The position numbers and the translations under genes are program-made. A DNA stretch of 13,874 nucleotides, from assembly GCA_044345405.1 (NCBI GenBank), contig JBIJBE010000063.1, positions 1 through 13,874 of the forward strand. Direction: 5' to 3'. The notes beneath the pieces are model-generated. The model saw only the letters and a program-made list of their open reading frames with translations, did not search any database and was not told where the DNA came from. This DNA comes from Bdellovibrionota bacterium. Its GTDB lineage: Bacteria; Bdellovibrionota_C; UBA2361; OMII01. Shown one piece after another: positions 8,329 to 13,874 of this stretch; the stretch's first letter is position 1, and the number at the start of each line of letters is the position of its first letter.

Positions 8329-8839
8329 AGCTTTTGTTCCCTCTGTATGCGCACACAGTGCGTTGTTAGGGGGAACAATAGCTGAGCTCGGCTCAGGGAT
8401 AGTGGGCACCTGAATGAGGCAGCGTGAAAACGTCCCATATGAAATAGCTGCCCTGTTGCATTGTGAGGGCATCTTATCTGCGGGTAAGAACGCCCCAACT
8501 CGTGGGATGGTGTACCTCCAATCGAGCCGTGATTCGACTTTCGAGCAGACCGTCGAGCACTCGCCTGGCGATAGGATAGGCGCGTGTCGTAAGTGTCAAA
8601 GACTGGTAGCACGAAGCTTGCAGATTTCGGTACTTTCTATTATGTGCGGGCCAGCCTAGCCACGACCCGGATAACCTACGAGATGAAGGCTAATGCAAGC
8701 ACGAATGGGTAAAACTATGAGACATACAAAGAGCAAAGTCGCATCTAATGAAACCAAAAGCTCAAAAATAAAAACTGAGATGTCGCCATCGAAAACAAAC
8801 CAAAGCTTGGGTGGACTGCTATTTGCGCACCGGCCATTC

Positions 8840-9178
8840 TCAGAAGCCACTGACTCCAAGAGTATCTGCATCCAGCAGCTTCTCTAGTTTTGTCACCTGC
8901 TCCCAACATTCGCTTTTAAAGAGTTTGTGATAAGCGTCGATGGGGTGAGTAGAGCGATGCGCAATTTCGCCCGCCTTTTGCAAGTCAGCCGCACGCATAT
9001 AGTAAATTAAATAATCCCCATCCGATAGACTCAGCAAAAAAGCTGACTCAACAAGAACACCTTCATCTTCGAGGGTCAAAACCACTTCCGCTTTTCTATC
9101 GGACAGTGTTCGCGCCCATTCTCGAGCTCGTTCTAACGAACCTAGACGAAGCTTTATTAAGAAACATGAAACCTGCAT
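8840..9178 (-). CDS. DUF6176-like protein of unknown function
   Basis: AREWA...RKAEVVLTLEDEGVLVESAFL...DYLIYYM...STHPIDAYHK pattern recalled for DUF6176. ATG at 9178 preferred over the track start at 9199. Confidence 0.7.
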   Translation of the reverse strand: MQVSCFLIKLRLGSLERAREWARTLSDRKAEVVLTLEDEGVLVESAFLLSLSDGDYLIYYMRAADLQKAGEIAHRSTHPIDAYHKLFKSECWEQVTKLEKLLDADTLGVSGF

Positions 9179-9438
9179 GTGTTGTCTACAATGATTCAAT
9201 AGTAATTAAGAGGACTCCGCCAAACAAATGACTCTTCTACCAATAACAAAGGTTACTGTCCGAAAACGGACCCTTGTAAGTCAAGGTAGGATTTGTACCT
9301 TTGCAGTTTGGAGCATTCGGCCTCCAACCAGCTCCACAAATACTCTAGACCGCCACAATTCTAAGTGTCTGGGGGATGCCCCTCACTACCTGAAACCTGT
9401 TTCTGACTAGCGATGCACCGATTTCATGGCTGTGGTGG

Positions 9439-10233
9439 TTAGCGCTCCCCTCCACCTGCTAAGAAACCATTAAAGGCGAAACGAATTGGTAGCTCGTCGT
9501 TCTCCCTGTAGCAATTGAATACCTCCCTCACCTCAAGGTCTATCTGCGCGGCGTGTTTTGACCAAGGTACGTATGAGAAAGAATGCGTAAGGTCAAGGAA
9601 TCGAGACTCGGAATACGGGATAGTAATGTATTCATGCCAATGCTTGAACCCTGAGGACACAAAGAAGCAGTCAAGGTTCTGGGTTTTGACGAAATCAGGT
9701 TCTATAAGATTGCCTGTTTCCTTGGTGTACTTGGCTAGGGTCGCATCAAAGTCTCGCATGAATGGATTTTCTGTTGCAAAAGCGTACCAGGTGAGAAAGA
9801 CATGACCATTGGGGTTCAATATTCGATCAAATTCCCGACGGGTAGCCGCTTGCTCAAAAAAATGAAACGATTGTGCTGCCGTAATAAGATCAACACTGCC
9901 ATCTGGTAAACCTGTCGATTCCGCCGACCCCTTCAAGGCCTTAAGGCCATCCCTGTGGATCAAGGAACGCATGTCGTCTCCGGGCTCTATAAAGGACACA
10001 TCGGCTCCGCGATGCACTAAGTGGCGGCCCAACTTTCCAGTACCAGCACCGACATCCGCAACACGCTTTCCCGCAAAAGCTCCGGTTTCCCCCTCAAGCC
10101 AATCAATAAGCTCCCTGGGGTAGTCAGGGCGAGCATCATGGTAGAATTCTTGCCTACCATTGAAGCTCTCCACAGGATGAGCTGTTCCAGAATAGCCCCT
10201 TCCAGGTTTAATATCTTGTGCGAAATGAGCCAT
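9439..10233 (-). CDS. Class I SAM-dependent methyltransferase
   Basis: RPDYP, motif I VADVGAGTGKL, GSAESTGLPDGSVDLITAAQSFHFF and RILNPNG. Confidence 0.93.
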   Translation of the reverse strand: MAHFAQDIKPGRGYSGTAHPVESFNGRQEFYHDARPDYPRELIDWLEGETGAFAGKRVADVGAGTGKLGRHLVHRGADVSFIEPGDDMRSLIHRDGLKALKGSAESTGLPDGSVDLITAAQSFHFFEQAATRREFDRILNPNGHVFLTWYAFATENPFMRDFDATLAKYTKETGNLIEPDFVKTQNLDCFFVSSGFKHWHEYITIPYSESRFLDLTHSFSYVPWSKHAAQIDLEVREVFNCYRENDELPIRFAFNGFLAGGGER

Positions 10234-10379
10234 ATGCTGTCTCGTTTGATAGTCGTTGTATTGTTAAACAAATGTTACGAAATACTCATTAGCACAGCGG
10301 AACGAGGATGAGAGCGACGAATACTCGCTATTCTGTTGTTGGTCGCTTCCCATGTCATCCCCAAGAACCACTACAGCCT

Positions 10380-11363
10380 TTAGAAGAACGGATCGATTTG
10401 GTTGTTATGGCGCTCCCGAAAATCAGCCGGTTTTAAGCTCGATTCGCAGAAGGCAGACACAACCGAGAAATCCGAACGACTTATTATAGGCGCAATGAAC
10501 AATTGCCTCGCACCCTCTCCTAAGACGCGAAGAACGGTGACATCCACTGGGTCTTCTCGCTCTAGGTCGAGGTTACTCTGCGGGATTTGTCTTGTTACCT
10601 TTCCCAAGAACTGCTCTTCGGCCTTGGCGAAGCCACCTGCAACGTAGCGCTCGTATCTACCATTTCCCGCATCTGAGTTGTAAGCAGGGGCCTGGTTTCG
10701 CGACATTGAGTCAAACACCATGACGGCCTCTAGGAATGCCTTGTCAGCAGCCCTTCCAAGCGTACGCGCCATTGCGGACCCAACACACCAAAGCGACCCC
10801 TTCCCCTTAAGCGTTACGAGACAGAAGGGAACGGAAGGCTCCTCGTCCACTGTATAGTATTCTGCGACTATTCCTTCACCTGCTAGGCGCTCAGTCTTAA
10901 AGAGTCGGAGATGCACATCGTCTTCCCACCAGAATCTGGCGAGGACGTGACGTTCGCAAAGTTCCAGGACGGCTCTTTCCGATGCGTCATCGATACTTAC
11001 TCCGTACGCCAATCCAGTCGCATCACTTTTTGAACCCTTTTCCCTGAAACCCAACATCACTGAACTAGCCGCAATTGTGATTTGTTTTGAAAGATCGGGC
11101 CACGCAAAGGCCGGAAGCATCGACTTCGGATCGACCATGCCACTGCACGCGGGATAGAACGACCAGAACCTTTCGAGGAACTCAAAATGCGCAATGCGTT
11201 TAGCTTTAGAAGCATCATCAGACAAACCAAAGCCGATGATGTTGAGGCTCTCGCCACTGTCGCGCGACAGGGAGAGCCCTTCCTTTGCTATAAAGTAACC
11301 ATGAGGTCTGGCCGTTACCGAGACTGCGGTCGTAGCTGGTAGATCAGTTGGGAGGCGGTTCAT
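10380..11363 (-). CDS. Stand-alone YcaO-family protein (ATP-dependent backbone amide activation)
   Basis: YcaO ATP/Mg motifs GFG....A..IAHFEFLER, ATGLAYG....A...AVLELCERH and GSA.......AADKAFLEA; C-terminus DPFF; start overlaps the upstream stop (ATGA at 11360-11363). Confidence 0.85.
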   Translation of the reverse strand: MNRLPTDLPATTAVSVTARPHGYFIAKEGLSLSRDSGESLNIIGFGLSDDASKAKRIAHFEFLERFWSFYPACSGMVDPKSMLPAFAWPDLSKQITIAASSVMLGFREKGSKSDATGLAYGVSIDDASERAVLELCERHVLARFWWEDDVHLRLFKTERLAGEGIVAEYYTVDEEPSVPFCLVTLKGKGSLWCVGSAMARTLGRAADKAFLEAVMVFDSMSRNQAPAYNSDAGNGRYERYVAGGFAKAEEQFLGKVTRQIPQSNLDLEREDPVDVTVLRVLGEGARQLFIAPIISRSDFSVVSAFCESSLKPADFRERHNNQIDPFF

Positions 11364-12361
11364 TGCGGCTCCATGAGTGCAGCTTGGCGCAAAGTGGCGA
11401 CAACTTTCTTACCCGCTTCCGTGAGCCGGGCATGCCTCGCTACCGTTTCATAGCCCCTCTCAAATCGAGACAATGCCTTCTCGTATTCGGTATGAGCAAC
11501 GTCTAGCCCTGACGCCTCATTCCACTTTCTGAAAACTCTGGCCATCCTACTTAGGACAAACGTAGCATGGAATATTCCGTACATTGGCCTAAGATCCGCA
11601 CGAATTGGTGCGGGAAAGCGCTCCTCGTCGGAATTCAAAACGAGTCGGTCATGCATCATTATGCCATGTAAGTGGAGGTGTGCTCCTTCGTGAACTATGT
11701 GTTCGATGTAGTAGGCAACCTTCTCCTCTTCACTCAAATCTTGCTCGGGGATCCTAATATAGATCTTTCCAAACGCTCTCATGCTGGTGATACCAACTAG
11801 AACGAGTCCATCGAAGAGAACTATGTGGCTTGTATATTCCTGTATTTCTTCGTAGGAGCCCTCATCGACTTCCTTGATGATACGTAAAGCCTCTTCAACA
11901 TACTTGGATTGAACGTCCACCTCAATTTCACTAAGCGGGTGGACTGTTGGCATCTCACCTTGCTTCGACCGAGGCCCCTCCGAGCTCAATACATAATCCA
12001 ATATGGAGCTATCGGAAGGAGCCGACTCATCAAAAGTTGTAATTGCGAACGAAGAAACTGCAAGCTGCTCCTCCGGATAACGGGACAGGTCTACCAGCGC
12101 CTTCTTGAGGCCGGCACCGTCGCCGCTAGCAAGGGCTCTGAGTAGCTTTGCGTGAAAACCATACACGTCAGGGCTTAGTGCATCGTTAGAGCTCTGCAGT
12201 CTACTTAGTTTGTCAGAAATTTCGTGTAACGGAACACCTATGATGTCCTGCGCTCGCTCCACCAATCCAAGGAGCTCGTTCACAAGACTCCGTTGCAAAT
12301 GAGTGTGCAAGATGTGTGACATTCCAGGGGTTGGTAGTGATGAATATATGTCTTGGTTCAT
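11360..12361 (-). CDS. HExxH-motif peptide-modifying enzyme (aKG/Fe-dependent beta-hydroxylase type)
   Basis: IVHEGAHLHL followed by FPAPIRADLRPMYGIFHATFV, matching the family pattern S-P-x-R-x-D-x-R-P...H-A; upstream GITSMRAFGKIYI. Confidence 0.87.
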   Translation of the reverse strand: MNQDIYSSLPTPGMSHILHTHLQRSLVNELLGLVERAQDIIGVPLHEISDKLSRLQSSNDALSPDVYGFHAKLLRALASGDGAGLKKALVDLSRYPEEQLAVSSFAITTFDESAPSDSSILDYVLSSEGPRSKQGEMPTVHPLSEIEVDVQSKYVEEALRIIKEVDEGSYEEIQEYTSHIVLFDGLVLVGITSMRAFGKIYIRIPEQDLSEEEKVAYYIEHIVHEGAHLHLHGIMMHDRLVLNSDEERFPAPIRADLRPMYGIFHATFVLSRMARVFRKWNEASGLDVAHTEYEKALSRFERGYETVARHARLTEAGKKVVATLRQAALMEPQ

Positions 12362-12372
12362 GAATGCCCGTT

Positions 12373-12400
12373 AAAAAGCTACGGGGGCAAGCCCCCGTAG
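12373..12400 (-). terminator. Stem-loop with U-tract between the precursor and modification genes
   Basis: Minus strand reads CTACGGGGG-CTTG-CCCCCGTAG-C-TTTTT; it ends 11 nt before the HExxH ATG. Confidence 0.8.
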
Positions 12401-12419
12401 AGTTGGAGTAGTCCCAAAA

Positions 12420-12659
12420 TCAAGCCATTTGGATGTTGGTTGTTTGACAAGTAGCAGCGACCGCAGCGAGATAAGACTTACTGAGCTCTCTAACGTCAGC
12501 CGCCTTAAAGTCTCTAGGGTTATGATTGGCTAAAGCATCGGATAAGGTTTGCTTCCCGCTCCCAACATTCATAGAAGCCGAGCGCGACCCATTTCCATTA
12601 AACATTTCACCACTCAGTTTCGGTCCTTGTTGTCTTCCTGTAAGCGTTGCGTGTGACAT
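12420..12659 (-). CDS. Putative RiPP precursor peptide (79 aa)
   Basis: Small ORF at the head of the cluster; GGAG 11 nt upstream of the ATG; leader-end motif ELSKSYLAAVAA resembles ELSxxELxxVxGG; Cys/Thr-containing tail TCQTTNIQMA. Confidence 0.75.
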   Translation of the reverse strand: MSHATLTGRQQGPKLSGEMFNGNGSRSASMNVGSGKQTLSDALANHNPRDFKAADVRELSKSYLAAVAATCQTTNIQMA

Positions 12660-12870
12660 ATGTCGATTATCTCCGTTTCTATCGGATCCTTAAGCAGATC
12701 CTCACTTAGGTTCGCTGAGTAACAAGGACTGATACCGCAATCAAGCGGAAACTGCTTTTCTGATTTCATCACTGAAGAGGGGATGGATTAACTTATGGCA
12801 ACACCACCATACACGTTGTCGATGCTACCGGTCCCATGAGGCCTTTCACTGGGTAAATATCTCTCCCCAT

Positions 12871-13110
12871 TTAAGCTGTGATTGAGGTTTGAAACGATAG
12901 CTGCAAATCCTTGCAGGCGAAAGTCCTCTGCGACTGATACCAATGGTCGCCATCGAAAGAGGATCGAGTGTCTCGTAACACCCAAGCTGTTCGACGAGAG
13001 AGATTCGCAACGCTCGCGTTGCTGGAACTAAAAGTAGAGTGCGACAGTTTTTTGCTCTTCCTGATCTGCTCACTTCCAAGGATCTTCCGATTCCATTTGG
13101 TCTGCTCCAT
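12871..13110 (-). pseudogene. Possible decayed XRE-family HTH regulator
   Basis: KILG..QIRKSKKLSHSTFS...SVANLSR loosely resembles an XRE N-terminus; similarity is lost after LSR. Weak. Confidence 0.25.
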
Positions 13111-13291
13111 TCAATGGAGCTTAATTGCCGTATAAAGACGATCGGATAGGTTATTAGAATAAATTCATTTCAAGAGAACCTTTGATGCTAGAAGCACCAT
13201 GGCTATGGCATAAGCTGGCAACTCTGAATTAGCGATGATCGATCCCAGTGGAGCATCATAACTCAGACCCGAAAAGCTACGGATCTATGAC

Positions 13292-13783
13292 TCATCCACA
13301 CCTAAAAGTTACTAATTCATAGGCTTCAATAATCCTCCGCGACCGTTCAGTTGCGAATGCGTGAATGTTAGGGTCAAGCTGTGCAACCTTGTCTGGATGA
13401 TTTACCTGCAAAAGCTGCCGGTATCTGGCATTGAGTTCGGCCTCCGTGGCATCTCGGCTAATCCCAAGAACATGATAGGGATCGTTTGGATCCTCTGTAG
13501 GTTCGGCGTGATTTTCTTCTCCTCTTTGAGACTCTTCCTTACGCGAGGTTCGGAACGCATCGATCAAGGCTGCACAGACGCGATAGATTCTACGAACACG
13601 TACAAACACCGCTCGAAGCACGGTGCCTAGGAGCCCAAGCGCCGCCGACCCGACGATAAGGGCTATCACTCCCACAAAGAGGTAGGGGAGTACCGTGCCA
13701 AAAAACGCACGGTACTTGATAACGATGCCAAGTGGCCAAAACAGGAGCAGGAAGTGCGAGCTATCTGCGGATAACGCGAACAC
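13292..13783 (-). CDS. Membrane-anchored J-domain (DnaJ/DjlA-like) protein; start uncertain
   Basis: N-terminal hydrophobic segments; C-terminal DPYHVLGISRDAT...YRQLLQVNHPDKV...IIEAYE with the HPD motif. Confidence 0.88.
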   Translation of the reverse strand: MFALSADSSHFLLLFWPLGIVIKYRAFFGTVLPYLFVGVIALIVGSAALGLLGTVLRAVFVRVRRIYRVCAALIDAFRTSRKEESQRGEENHAEPTEDPNDPYHVLGISRDATEAELNARYRQLLQVNHPDKVAQLDPNIHAFATERSRRIIEAYELVTFRCG

Positions 13784-13808
13784 TCATAGAAAAAAGCGAG
13801 GCGCTGAT

Positions 13809-13874
13809 ATGCCGGTTATTCCCTTCAAAGAGAAGACCCCGGTTGTCAGCGCCTCTGCTTTTGTGGCGCCGGAC
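13809..13874 (+). CDS. 5' end of a gamma carbonic anhydrase family gene running off the window; includes copy 2 of the 44-bp repeat (13831-13874)
   Basis: ATG 13809 with a GAGG RBS gives MPVIPFKEKTPVVSASAFVAPD, which joins in frame onto the 5671-6189 coding sequence. Confidence 0.92.
   Translation, partial: MPVIPFKEKTPVVSASAFVAPD

Noticed and set aside
8329-8887. N-terminal extension of TrbC, small ORFs (8286..8612, 8414..8659, 8656..8871, 8693..8887) and a possible oriT
   Set aside because: ATG 8328 has an RBS and gives a normal pilin length; the other ORFs have no recognisable motifs; I found no IncP-type nic sequence.
11360-12361. HExxH protein as the zinc metalloprotease that removes the leader
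   Set aside because: The downstream P-x-R-x-D-x-R-P...FHA signature fits the aKG/Fe HExxH oxygenase family better; protease activity is not formally excluded.
12379-12400. CTACGGGGG...CCCCCGTAG hairpin as a REP element
   Set aside because: GTAG is at the 3' end rather than the 5' end, and the U-tract and position after a stop codon fit a terminator.
13183-13257. GATGCT...AGCATC inverted arms as a tRNA or riboswitch
   Set aside because: Only a 6-bp stem, with no cloverleaf or recognisable aptamer consensus.
5669-13874. The 44-bp repeats as attL/attR of an integrase-driven island
   Set aside because: The gene halves are in the wrong order for simple integration, no integrase is present, and the true repeat length is unknown because it reaches the window edge.

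Overview
A mosaic bacterial window. It opens with the oriIS end of an IS91-family element abutting a decapitated Val-rich attenuator leader, followed by ilvB-ilvN. Next come a RAYT/Y1-HUH transposase bounded by 16-bp terminal inverted repeats and GTAG-containing palindromes, a GT87-like membrane glycosyltransferase, a short internal recN fragment and a 5'-truncated gamma-carbonic-anhydrase-family gene. An IS91-family Y2 transposase is then broken by two related 31/32-bp palindromic inserts, and its oriIS end truncates trbD next to trbC. On the minus strand lies a compact putative RiPP cluster: 79-aa precursor, stem-loop, aKG-HExxH-type oxygenase, stand-alone YcaO, SAM methyltransferase and DUF6176-like protein. 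A J-domain gene follows, then the intact 5' end of the same gamma-CA gene, giving a 44-bp exact direct repeat 8,162 bp apart. The best candidate for an undescribed system is the HExxH+YcaO+methyltransferase RiPP cluster. All family calls come from motif recognition by eye, not database searches.
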